From the NCBI GenBank assembly GCA_902466285.1, contig CABQQK010000001.1, forward strand, positions 31,702 to 95,701: DNA of 64,000 nucleotides, read 5' to 3'. The number at the start of each line of letters is the position of its first letter. Position 1 is the first letter of the stretch. Shown one piece after another: positions 27,736 through 36,008 of this stretch. The DNA is from an uncultured Collinsella sp. GTDB taxonomy: Bacteria > Actinomycetota > Coriobacteriia > Coriobacteriales > Coriobacteriaceae. The position numbers and the translations under genes are program-made. Under the pieces are notes generated by a model, which did no database searches, had not been told where the DNA came from, and was given only the letters and a program-made list of their open reading frames with translations.

Positions 27736-28989
27736 TTAATCATTGAAGCGGGATTGGCGGCCGAAAGATAGGGCGGTGTCGCCGAACTTGTCTCGGACGG
27801 CATCGATCGCGACTGAGAGGTCGCGACGGTCGCTTGATTGGGCTCCGCGGTCGTCGACTTCGCAGAACAGGTCGGTCTGGATGCCGCCCTGATGGTCAAA
27901 GTCGCTCATCCCGATACCCGCCAGACGCACATGCATGCCTTCCTGCCAGATGTTGTCGAGCAGTTCGAGCGCAACCGCCACAAAGATGTTCTCATCGTCG
28001 GTGGGGTGGGGAAGCCGCCGCTGCGCCGTGCGTCCGCTGCCATACGAATACTTAAGCTTGAGCGTTACCGTGCCGCCCGTCAGTCCCTGACGGCGCAGGC
28101 GGCGTCCAACCGACTCTCCCAACAGCGCAATCGCCGCTTCGATGTCCCCACGCTCAGTCAAATCTTTCGCAAAGGTGCGCTCATTGCTCACGGATTTAAC
28201 CTCGCGTTCCTCATCGAGGCTTGTTACTTCGGATATTTCGAGTCCCAGCGCACGCTGGCGCATGCGTTCGCCGTTGACGCCAAAAATAGAGGCCAAGGTT
28301 GATTCCGGTGAACGTGACAGCTCGCCGAGCGTGTAGATGCGCATGCGGCGCAGTCGCTCCTCGGCCGAGCGCCCGATGCCGCTCATGGCAGATACCGGCA
28401 GCGCGGCCAAAAAGCGCTGCTCGGTTCCGGGGCGCACGATGGTCAGCCCAAACGGCTTATCCCGCTCGCTTGCGATCTTTGCGACCGTCTTGTTGCAGCC
28501 CACGCCAATGGAGCAGGTCACTCCCAGCGCTGCCACGCGGTCGCTTATACGCCGCGCAACCAGTAGCGGGTCTTCGGGCGCAAAGCGACCCGGTGTGATA
28601 TCGATAAAGGCTTCGTCGATGGATACGCGCTCAACGCGCGGCGTCTCCTCGGCAAGAATCGCCATGACCTGCGCGCTCACCTCGCGGTAGCGATCAAAGT
28701 GCCCGTGCGTCCAAATGGCTTGCGGGCACAAGCGCCGCGCCTCGGCCGAGGCCATGGCAGAGTGCACGCCAAAGCGACGTGCCTCATACGAACACGTGGA
28801 CACGACGCCACGCGAATCGGCATCGCCACCCACGATGAGTGGCTTGCCACGCCACTCGGGGTGGTCGAGCATCTCCACGCTCGCAAAAAACGCATCAAGG
28901 TCCATCAGACCCACCGCCGGACCCGTCCAGGGAGGCGGCGTGACGCCCATGGCATCCTCATAACCGTATGTATGTTCGCGTCTTTCCAT
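27736..28989 (-). CDS. dinB: DNA polymerase IV (Y-family translesion polymerase)
   Basis: MDLDAFFASVEMLDHPEWRGKPLIVGG...SIDEAFIDIT are Y-family motifs. The true start may be the Met at ~28905 or ~28947 rather than 28989. Confidence 0.85.
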   Translation of the reverse strand: MERREHTYGYEDAMGVTPPPWTGPAVGLMDLDAFFASVEMLDHPEWRGKPLIVGGDADSRGVVSTCSYEARRFGVHSAMASAEARRLCPQAIWTHGHFDRYREVSAQVMAILAEETPRVERVSIDEAFIDITPGRFAPEDPLLVARRISDRVAALGVTCSIGVGCNKTVAKIASERDKPFGLTIVRPGTEQRFLAALPVSAMSGIGRSAEERLRRMRIYTLGELSRSPESTLASIFGVNGERMRQRALGLEISEVTSLDEEREVKSVSNERTFAKDLTERGDIEAAIALLGESVGRRLRRQGLTGGTVTLKLKYSYGSGRTAQRRLPHPTDDENIFVAVALELLDNIWQEGMHVRLAGIGMSDFDHQGGIQTDLFCEVDDRGAQSSDRRDLSVAIDAVRDKFGDTALSFGRQSRFND

Positions 28990-29105
28990 GTCATGAGTAT
29001 ACCGCGCAGCTCATGTGGGGTGCGTGTATGTGCTTGCAAATCCCGAATTCTTGTCTAAGATATGGATTTGCCCTCGACTACACCGAAGAAGTTGGTCTCA
29101 CGGAC

Positions 29106-29134
29106 TTCACCTGCCCGCGTCGATGGCGTATTAT
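29106..29134 (+). promoter_or_regulatory. Candidate promoter for the rpsP-rimM-trmD-lepB operon (TTCACC-17 nt-TATTAT)
   Basis: Hexamers spotted by eye ~55 nt upstream of the rpsP TTG start. A small hairpin GCAGC-ctaaa-GCTGC lies in the 5' UTR. Confidence 0.35.
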
Positions 29135-29190
29135 GTTCAACTGTTTGTTTGTAGTTGCAGCCTAAAGCTGCTTGGTTGGAGGAGTTTCCT

Positions 29191-29532
29191 TTGGCAGTCA
29201 AGATTCGCCTTGCTCGTCACGGCGCTAAGAAGCGTCCGTACTACCGTGTCGTCGTCGCCGATTCCCGCGCCCCGCGTGACGGTCGTATCATCGAGGAGGT
29301 TGGCCGCTACAACCCGATGACCGCCCCCAAGACCATCAATCTCGACCTCGAGAAGATCGCCGACTGGCAGTCCAAGGGCGCTCAGCTCACCGACGCCGTC
29401 GCCGCTCTGGTCAAGGCCGCCAACGAGGGCGAGAAGACCGAGACCGTCGTCAAGAAGTCCAAGAAGCAGCTCGCCAAAGAGGCCGAGGCCGCTAAGGCTG
29501 CCGCTGAGGCCGCTGAGGGCGCCGAGGAGTAA
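29191..29532 (+). CDS. rpsP: 30S ribosomal protein S16
   Basis: TTG start after [36 protein letters not shown] is canonical S16. The C-terminus is a Lys/Ala/Glu-rich extension. Confidence 0.9.
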   Translation: MAVKIRLARHGAKKRPYYRVVVADSRAPRDGRIIEEVGRYNPMTAPKTINLDLEKIADWQSKGAQLTDAVAALVKAANEGEKTETVVKKSKKQLAKEAEAAKAAAEAAEGAEE

Positions 29533-29535
29533 ATC

Positions 29536-29820
29536 GTGCCTGAGGTTGACGCTGCACAGCTCGAGGGTGAGGCAATGCTCTCAGATCGCATCGCCGATCT
29601 CGTCGAATATCTCGTTGTTCAGATCGTCGACGACCCGGATTCCGTGAGCCTTGAGGTCATCGATGGTGACGACGCCTCCACGATTGAGGTTTCGGTCGCC
29701 GAGGATGACGTCGCTAAGGTCATCGGCCGTCGTGGCCGTACCATCAAGGCCATTCGCACGCTCGCCCGTGCACTGGCCGCTCGCCTCGACACTGCTGTCG
29801 AGGTAGAGGTTCTGGGCTAG
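29536..29820 (+). CDS. KH-domain RNA-binding protein (YlqC/UPF0109 family)
   Basis: VIGRRGRTIKAIRTLA is a GxxG KH motif, in the conserved position between rpsP and rimM. The start is uncertain (GTG 29536 or ATG ~29575). Confidence 0.7.
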   Translation: MPEVDAAQLEGEAMLSDRIADLVEYLVVQIVDDPDSVSLEVIDGDDASTIEVSVAEDDVAKVIGRRGRTIKAIRTLARALAARLDTAVEVEVLG

Positions 29821-29824
29821 GACC

Positions 29825-30346
29825 TTGAGGTCCCAGTACAAAAACATCGCCCGTGTGGTCAAGCCGCACGGAAGGAAGGGGGAGGTCCTCGCGCAGCCGC
29901 TGCGGGGGCTTCCTTCTGTATTAGAGCCGGGTATGCGCGTCGCCCTGACGCCGCCGGCGCTCAAGCGCGACCGCTTTTGCACGGTCGTGTCCGTCACCGA
30001 TACGGGCGATGGCGATCTGGTCTCGTTTGAGGGCATTGACGACTTGACGGCCGCCGAGGGCATCACGGGATGCTATGTGTTGGCAAATCGTGACGATTTT
30101 GAGCTCGATTCACTCGACGCCGCCTATTCCGACCTGATGGGTCGCGAGGTGGTCGACGAGCGCTTCGGTTCACTCGGTACGATCGTCGAGATCATGTCGA
30201 CGCCCGCTAACGATGTTTGGGTTGTCGAGGGCGATCGGTACGGCGAGGTACTGATTCCCGTGATCGAGCAGGTTGTGCTTGATCTTCCCGACACAGGAAC
30301 AATTTCCGTCCACGTTATGGACGGCCTGATCGATATGGACAAGTAG
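29825..30346 (+). CDS. rimM: 16S rRNA processing protein RimM
   Basis: VVKPHGRKGEVLAQPL is the RimM N-terminal signature, and a PRC barrel follows. Confidence 0.8.
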   Translation: MRSQYKNIARVVKPHGRKGEVLAQPLRGLPSVLEPGMRVALTPPALKRDRFCTVVSVTDTGDGDLVSFEGIDDLTAAEGITGCYVLANRDDFELDSLDAAYSDLMGREVVDERFGSLGTIVEIMSTPANDVWVVEGDRYGEVLIPVIEQVVLDLPDTGTISVHVMDGLIDMDK

Positions 30347-30356
30347 GGAGGACAAC

Positions 30357-31115
30357 ATGCTGATTGAGACCCTTTCGGTCTTTCCCGAGATGTTTGAGCC
30401 CGTCATGTCCACATCGATTTTGGGCCGCGCCCGCAAGGCCGGCCTTTTTGATTTTAAGGCGTATAACCTGCGCGACTGGACGCACGACCGCCATCGTACC
30501 GTCGATGACGAGCCGTACGGCGGCGGGCAGGGCATGCTCATGAAGGTCGAGCCTATCGCCGAGGCCATCGAGGCCATTAGCGCGGAGGGCCCCAAGCCGA
30601 CGGTGGTGTTCTTCACCCCGTGCGGCGAGCCTTTTACGCAGCATGTGGCCGAGCGCCTGCTCAAAAGCGAGCGCCTGCTGTTTGTGTGCAGCCGTTACGA
30701 AGGTGTCGACGAGCGTGCCTATGCGTATGCCGACGAGCGCCTGTCGATCGGCGATTACGTGCTCACGGGCGGCGAGCTTCCCGCTATGGTCGTTGCCGAT
30801 GCCGTCGTACGCCTGATCCCCGGCGCCCTTGGTGACGAGATGAGCAACGTGGACGAGTCGTTCTCGACCGCCGAGGACGGAGGCCTGCTCGAGTACGCGC
30901 AGTACACCCGCCCCGCCGAGTTCAACGGCGAGGGCGTGCCTCCGGTGCTCGTGAGCGGCGATCACGCCAAGGTCGATGCCTGGCGTCGCAAGAACGCCAT
31001 CGAGCGCACCTGCCGCTGGCGTCCGGACTTGATCGAGACGGCGCGGCTCACGCCCGAGGAGCGCGCTTACGCGCAGGTGATCCTTGACGCTTCGTATTCG
31101 CAGAGCGAGGAGTGA
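30357..31115 (+). CDS. trmD: tRNA (guanine37-N1)-methyltransferase
   Basis: SILGRARKAGL...DDEPYGGGQGMLMK and LTGGELPAMVVADAVVRLIPG are SPOUT/TrmD motifs. Confidence 0.9.
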   Translation: MLIETLSVFPEMFEPVMSTSILGRARKAGLFDFKAYNLRDWTHDRHRTVDDEPYGGGQGMLMKVEPIAEAIEAISAEGPKPTVVFFTPCGEPFTQHVAERLLKSERLLFVCSRYEGVDERAYAYADERLSIGDYVLTGGELPAMVVADAVVRLIPGALGDEMSNVDESFSTAEDGGLLEYAQYTRPAEFNGEGVPPVLVSGDHAKVDAWRRKNAIERTCRWRPDLIETARLTPEERAYAQVILDASYSQSEE

Positions 31116-31681
31116 GTATGGTTCCTACGCAACATTCCGCGTTGAGGGGCGCTTTTGAGTGGATCGCGGTCATCGCGATCGCACTGGTCGCCACCTTCTT
31201 GATTCGCTCGTTTGTGGTCGAGCCCTTTGTAGTGCCCACCGGTTCCATGGAGGACACGATCGAGATCGGCGATCAGATTCTGGCGCAGAAGGTGACGCTC
31301 GAACTCGGACAGCCCGTCAAACAGGGCGATATCGTGGTGTTTCACAACCCCGATGCCACATCCGAGCATGACGTGCTGGTAAAGCGCGTCATCGCCACGG
31401 CCGGCCAGACGGTCGATCTTCAGGACGGCAAGGTCGTCGTTGACGGCCAAGCGCTCGACGAGGACTATACGACGGGCATGAGCTGGCCGCTTTCGGTCCA
31501 GGCGCCCGCCGCCCAGGTGAGTTATCCCTACACCGTTCCCGACGGGTGCGTGTGGGTGATGGGCGACAACCGCGAAAACTCTGCCGACTCGCGCTACTTT
31601 GGTCCCGTCGATCGCTCTGATTTGATCGCTGTGGCGCTTGTGCGCTACTGGCCGCTCAACCGCATCGGCGCTATCGACTAA
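31112..31681 (+). CDS. lepB: Signal peptidase I
   Basis: Catalytic Ser (VVPTGSMEDT) and Lys (VLVKRVIA) boxes, GDNRENSADSRYFG box E. The start overlaps the trmD stop. Confidence 0.85.
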   Translation: MSMVPTQHSALRGAFEWIAVIAIALVATFLIRSFVVEPFVVPTGSMEDTIEIGDQILAQKVTLELGQPVKQGDIVVFHNPDATSEHDVLVKRVIATAGQTVDLQDGKVVVDGQALDEDYTTGMSWPLSVQAPAAQVSYPYTVPDGCVWVMGDNRENSADSRYFGPVDRSDLIAVALVRYWPLNRIGAID

Positions 31682-31740
31682 AAACCGCTATAGTACAGTA
31701 CCTAACCGTGTAATCGTTTCGACGAGGGGATATTAGAGGC

Positions 31741-32652
31741 ATGAACGCTTCATCGCTTTCCTTCCAAGACATCATCCTGCGCCTCCAGCAGTACTGGGGC
31801 GAGCAGGGCTGCGTCATTATGCAGCCCTATGACTCCGAGGTCGGTGCCGGTACCTTCCATACCGCGACCACGCTGCGCTCGCTCGGTCCCGCCGAGTGGC
31901 GCACCTGCTATGCTCAACCTTGCCGCCGTCCCGCCGACGGCCGCTACGGCGAGAACCCTAACCGCATGCAGCACTACTATCAGTTCCAGGTGCTCATCAA
32001 GCCGTCGCCGGTCAACGCCCAGGAGCTCTACCTGGGTTCGCTGGCCGCCATTGGCCTGGACCCCAACGACCATGACGTCCGCTTTGTCGAGGACGACTGG
32101 GAGAGCCCGACCCTGGGCGCCTGGGGCCTTGGCTGGGAGGTCTGGCTCAACGGCATGGAGGTCACGCAGTTTACGTACTTCCAGCAGGTGGGCGGTATCG
32201 AGGTCGACCCCGTGCCCGTCGAGATTACCTATGGCCTGGAGCGTATCGCCATGTACGCCCAGGGCGTCAACTCGGTCTACGATCTGGTGTGGAGCTATCT
32301 GCCCGACGGCACGCCCATGACCTACGGCGACGTGTTCTTGGAGAACGAGCGCGAGTTTAGCGCTTACAACTTTGAGGTCGCCAACGTCGAGATGATGCGT
32401 CAGAAGTTTGACGACTACGAGGCCGAGTGCCATTCCTGCTTGGAGCGCAAGCTGCCGCTGCCCGCATACGACTGCGTCATGAAATGCAGCCATGCCTTCA
32501 ACCTGCTCGATGCCCGCGGCGCCCTGTCCGCGGTCGAGCGTGCCAACTACATCCTGCGCGTCCGCGCCGTCGCCAAGGCGTGCTGCGAGGCCTATATGGC
32601 CGAGGTCGCCGGAGTCAACGAGAATGCCGACCAGGAAGGCGAGGTGGCGTAA
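31741..32652 (+). CDS. glyQ: Glycine--tRNA ligase alpha subunit
   Basis: [24 protein letters not shown]...[16 protein letters not shown] is highly conserved GlyQ sequence. Confidence 0.9.
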   Translation: MNASSLSFQDIILRLQQYWGEQGCVIMQPYDSEVGAGTFHTATTLRSLGPAEWRTCYAQPCRRPADGRYGENPNRMQHYYQFQVLIKPSPVNAQELYLGSLAAIGLDPNDHDVRFVEDDWESPTLGAWGLGWEVWLNGMEVTQFTYFQQVGGIEVDPVPVEITYGLERIAMYAQGVNSVYDLVWSYLPDGTPMTYGDVFLENEREFSAYNFEVANVEMMRQKFDDYEAECHSCLERKLPLPAYDCVMKCSHAFNLLDARGALSAVERANYILRVRAVAKACCEAYMAEVAGVNENADQEGEVA

Positions 32653-32655
32653 GCC

Positions 32656-34752
32656 ATGGCAGACGCTAAGGATTTCCTGTTTGAGATCGGTACGGAGGAA
32701 ATGCCCTCCGCACCGCTGAACAATGCTGTCAAGCAGCTTGGCACCATGATCGCCAAGGGCCTCGACGAGGCCGGTCTGGCCCATGGCGAGGTCCGCGTGA
32801 TCTCGAGTCCGCGTCGTCTGGCTGCGCTCGTGGCCAACGTCGCCACTGCGACCGATGAGGTTCACGAGGTCAAGCGCGGCCCCGCGGCAAACATTGCCTT
32901 TGATGCCGACGGCAACGCCACCAAGGCCGCACAGGGCTTTGCCCGCAAGTGTGGCGTGGCTGCCGAGGATCTGGTCCGTCGTGAGGACACCGACGGCCGC
33001 GAGTATGTGTTCGCCGAGAAGAACATTCCCTCCGCACCGGCTACCCCGATCCTGACGGCCCTGTGCGAGAAGACTATCGCCGGCCTGCAGTGGCCCAACT
33101 ACCGCAGCCAGCGCTGGGGGCACGAGCACGCGACGTTCGTGCGTCCGGTCCGCTGGATTTGCTGCCTTCTGGGCGAGGATATTGTGCCTGTGTCGTTTGC
33201 CGACGTGACGAGCGGCAACACCACGCGTGGCCATCGCGTGCTTGGCCCCGGTGACCATGTTGTCGCTAGCCCCGCCGTCTACGAGCAGGTGCTCGAGGAC
33301 GCCGGCGTGCTTTCTGCCGAGCGTCGTCGTGAGGCCATCCTTGCCGGTATCGCCGAGGTCGAGGCCGCTCGCCCCGGCTGCCATGTCGACACGCCCAAGA
33401 AGGTCTTTGAGGAGGTCATTAACCTCTGCGAGTGGCCGACGGTGCTCGTCGGTACCTTCGACGAGGAGTTCCTCAAGGTCCCGCACGAGATCATCTGCGA
33501 GTCCATGCTCACCAACCAGCGCTACTTCCCGATCTATGACGGCGAGGGCAAGCTTACGCGTGAGTTCGTGGTCGTCTCCAACAGCAAGCCCGAGAACGCC
33601 GAGCGCGTGATCGACGGTAACGAGCGCGTCGTGCGCGCCCGTCTGGACGACGCTAAGTTCTTCTACGAGGAGGACCTGAAGATCTCCCTCGACGAGTTCC
33701 GTGAGCGCCTGTCCAAGGTCGCTTTCCAGGAGAAGCTCGGCAGCGTGCTCGCCAAGTCCGAGCGTGTTGAGCAGCTCGCGCTCGCCATCGCCCGCAAGGC
33801 TCACCTGGGCGCCCATCTTGCCGCCGACGCTGCTCGCGCCGCGCACCTGTGCAAGGCAGACCTGGTGTCCAACGCCGTCGTCGAGTTCACGAGCCAGCAG
33901 GGCGTGATGGGCGGTTATTACGCGACCGCGATGGGGGAGAACGACGAGGTTGCCCACGCCATTCGCGATCATTATCGTCCCCGCTTTGCCGGCGACGAGC
34001 TGCCCGAGGGCACCGCTGGCTGCATCGTGGCCTGCGCTGACAAGCTCGATACCATCGCCGGTATCTTTGCCATCGGCGAGCCCCCGACTGGCTCCTCCGA
34101 TCCCTACGCGCTGCGTCGTGCCGCTATCGGTATCATCAACATCCTGCGCGACCGTCTGTCGATCGATCCCACGTCGCTCATCAACTTTGCGCTCGAGCTC
34201 TATAGCGAGCAGGGCATTGAGTTCGACGCCGCCGAGGTCGCCCAGCAGGTTCGTGACTTCTTCCATGGCCGCCTGGTGAGCATGGCCCGCGACGAAAAGA
34301 TCCCGGCCGATACCGTTGCCGCCGTCTCCGCGGTGCACATTATCGCCCCGTCCGTCTTCTTCGCCCGCTGCGCCGCCCTCGACGAGGCCCGCAAGAACGA
34401 CGCTGAGACGTTCGACAACCTGGCGACCGCCTATGCCCGCGCCGCGCATATCTCCAAGCCCGAGCTGGGTGCGGAGTACGACCGCGCCCTGATGGGCGAG
34501 GTTGAGCTTGCGCTTGCCGACGCCTCCGAGGCCGCTCAGACTGCCGTCGATGCCGCCCTTGCTGCCGAGGACTACCCGGCCGCATTTGCCGCCCTCGCCG
34601 CCCTGCGTGCGCCCATCGACCGTTTCTTCGATGAGGTCATGGTCATGGACAAGGACGAGCAGCTTCGCGATAATCGCCTTAAGCTGCTCAACCGCTTCGA
34701 GGCCGTTTTCTCCGGCATCGCCAACATCGGTGAGCTTGCCCGCAAAAAGTAA
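32656..34752 (+). CDS. glyS: Glycine--tRNA ligase beta subunit
   Basis: The 698-aa ORF directly follows glyQ. LFEIGTEEMP and FAGDELPEG are GlyS-conserved regions. Confidence 0.9.
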   Translation: MADAKDFLFEIGTEEMPSAPLNNAVKQLGTMIAKGLDEAGLAHGEVRVISSPRRLAALVANVATATDEVHEVKRGPAANIAFDADGNATKAAQGFARKCGVAAEDLVRREDTDGREYVFAEKNIPSAPATPILTALCEKTIAGLQWPNYRSQRWGHEHATFVRPVRWICCLLGEDIVPVSFADVTSGNTTRGHRVLGPGDHVVASPAVYEQVLEDAGVLSAERRREAILAGIAEVEAARPGCHVDTPKKVFEEVINLCEWPTVLVGTFDEEFLKVPHEIICESMLTNQRYFPIYDGEGKLTREFVVVSNSKPENAERVIDGNERVVRARLDDAKFFYEEDLKISLDEFRERLSKVAFQEKLGSVLAKSERVEQLALAIARKAHLGAHLAADAARAAHLCKADLVSNAVVEFTSQQGVMGGYYATAMGENDEVAHAIRDHYRPRFAGDELPEGTAGCIVACADKLDTIAGIFAIGEPPTGSSDPYALRRAAIGIINILRDRLSIDPTSLINFALELYSEQGIEFDAAEVAQQVRDFFHGRLVSMARDEKIPADTVAAVSAVHIIAPSVFFARCAALDEARKNDAETFDNLATAYARAAHISKPELGAEYDRALMGEVELALADASEAAQTAVDAALAAEDYPAAFAALAALRAPIDRFFDEVMVMDKDEQLRDNRLKLLNRFEAVFSGIANIGELARKK

Positions 34753-34786
34753 GCCAGCCTGCGCATAAGCGCAAAAGGAGCCCCGC

Positions 34787-35662
34787 ATGGATTGCCCGGT
34801 CACCGCTCGTCCCACCGTTATCGTTATCTCCGACTCGCTCGGCGATACCGCTTGTGAGGTGGTGCTTGCGGCGTCCGGGCAATTTGATGTAGGGGCTTTT
34901 CGCGTTTTGCGCCTGCCTAAGGTGACCTCCGTGGAGCAGGTCAAGTCATTTGTGGGGCCGCGCGTCGATGCCGACCATCGCGATATCGCCGTGTTCCATA
35001 CCATCGTCGACCCGGCCCTTCGTGCTCGCGTGCTCGACTACTTGGGCATGCTGCACATTCGCTCTGTCGACCTGATCGGTCCGACGCTCGCCGTGCTGTC
35101 TTCGCTCGTCGGCGTGCCGCCCAAGGGTGTGGCGGGCGTGATTCACAAGACCGACGATCGGTATTTCCATCGTATTGAGGCCATGGAGTATTTCGTTGAG
35201 CACGATGACGGTCGTGGTTGTGACGATCTGTCGGGTGCCGATATCGTGCTGCTGGGTGTGTCGCGTACATCCAAGACGCCACTGTCGATGTATTTAGCCT
35301 ATCAGGGCTACAAGGTCGCTAATGTCCCACTGGCGCATGGCATGGAGCCGCCCAAGTCGATTTACGAGGTTGACCCGATGCGCCTTTTCGGCCTGATTTC
35401 GACCGTCGATGTGATTTCCGAGATTCGCGATAGCCGCTTGGGCGACGACTACGCCCGCGCCGTCGCAGGCTCCTATGCCGAGCCCGAGAGCGTGCGTAGT
35501 GAGCTTGCGGAAGCCCGCGCGCTCATGAAACGCCTGGGCTGCTTTGTAGTGCGTACCGACGGCAAAGCCATCGAGGAAAGCGCTGCCGAGATCATTGCTC
35601 ACCTCGAAGAGATTCAAGAGGCAAGAGCCCGCCGTGCCGCCCGCCGCGCTCAACAGCAGTAG
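34787..35662 (+). CDS. Pyruvate, phosphate dikinase regulatory protein (PDRP; bifunctional kinase/pyrophosphorylase, DUF299)
   Basis: IVLLGVSRTSKTPLSMYLAYQGYKVANVPL is a P-loop of PDRP/PpsR type. The gene is adjacent to ppdK. Confidence 0.8.
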   Translation: MDCPVTARPTVIVISDSLGDTACEVVLAASGQFDVGAFRVLRLPKVTSVEQVKSFVGPRVDADHRDIAVFHTIVDPALRARVLDYLGMLHIRSVDLIGPTLAVLSSLVGVPPKGVAGVIHKTDDRYFHRIEAMEYFVEHDDGRGCDDLSGADIVLLGVSRTSKTPLSMYLAYQGYKVANVPLAHGMEPPKSIYEVDPMRLFGLISTVDVISEIRDSRLGDDYARAVAGSYAEPESVRSELAEARALMKRLGCFVVRTDGKAIEESAAEIIAHLEEIQEARARRAARRAQQQ

Positions 35663-35673
35663 TCCTTTCTGTA

Positions 35674-35749
35674 ATGATTTTTCTGGGACGGGGATTAAAA
35701 AATCATTAGGTACTCAATGATTTTTTAATCCCCGTCCCAGAAAAATCAT
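35674..35749. repeat. Perfect 34-bp-arm inverted repeat (8-nt loop), AT-rich, between the PDRP and PPDK genes
   Basis: ATGATTTTTCTGGGACGGGGATTAAAAAATCATT-aggtactc-AATGATTTTTTAATCCCCGTCCCAGAAAAATCAT. I verified base by base that the arms are exact reverse complements. Confidence 0.85.
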
Positions 35750-36008
35750 CGGAGTGGCTAAATAGCCTGAATTGATAAAGCGATTTAGCAAAAACATCGC
35801 ATCTGACCTGCATTCTTCTTGTAGTGGTATCTTCATAAGGTAACCAACTTTACCTACCGTTTACCGCCTGTTTTAGCACGTTTACCAAACCGCGCACCCT
35901 CTGCTCAAGCCTGCCCAAAACCCGCCGTATAGTTCCCTCACGGCCTGCATCCGGCGGGTCGATTCGTTACCACGGTCGTGCGCGTAAGCGCATGGAAGGG
36001 GAAGTATC

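Noticed and set aside
31682-31740. Looked for a T-box riboswitch upstream of glyQS (as found in Firmicutes), and for T-box or TRAP elements in the aro leader
   Set aside because: The lepB-glyQ spacer is only ~59 nt, and neither region has a T-box sequence (AGGGUGGNACCGCG) or a specifier-loop architecture. Checked by eye only.
31750-35004. A 1084-aa ORF on the minus strand, the longest in the track
   Set aside because: It lies entirely antisense to glyQ, glyS and the PDRP gene, all of which have strong sequence-level identities. Its translation is low-complexity (G/A/L/V/D-rich) with no motifs. This is a typical stop-codon-poor shadow ORF of GC-rich DNA.
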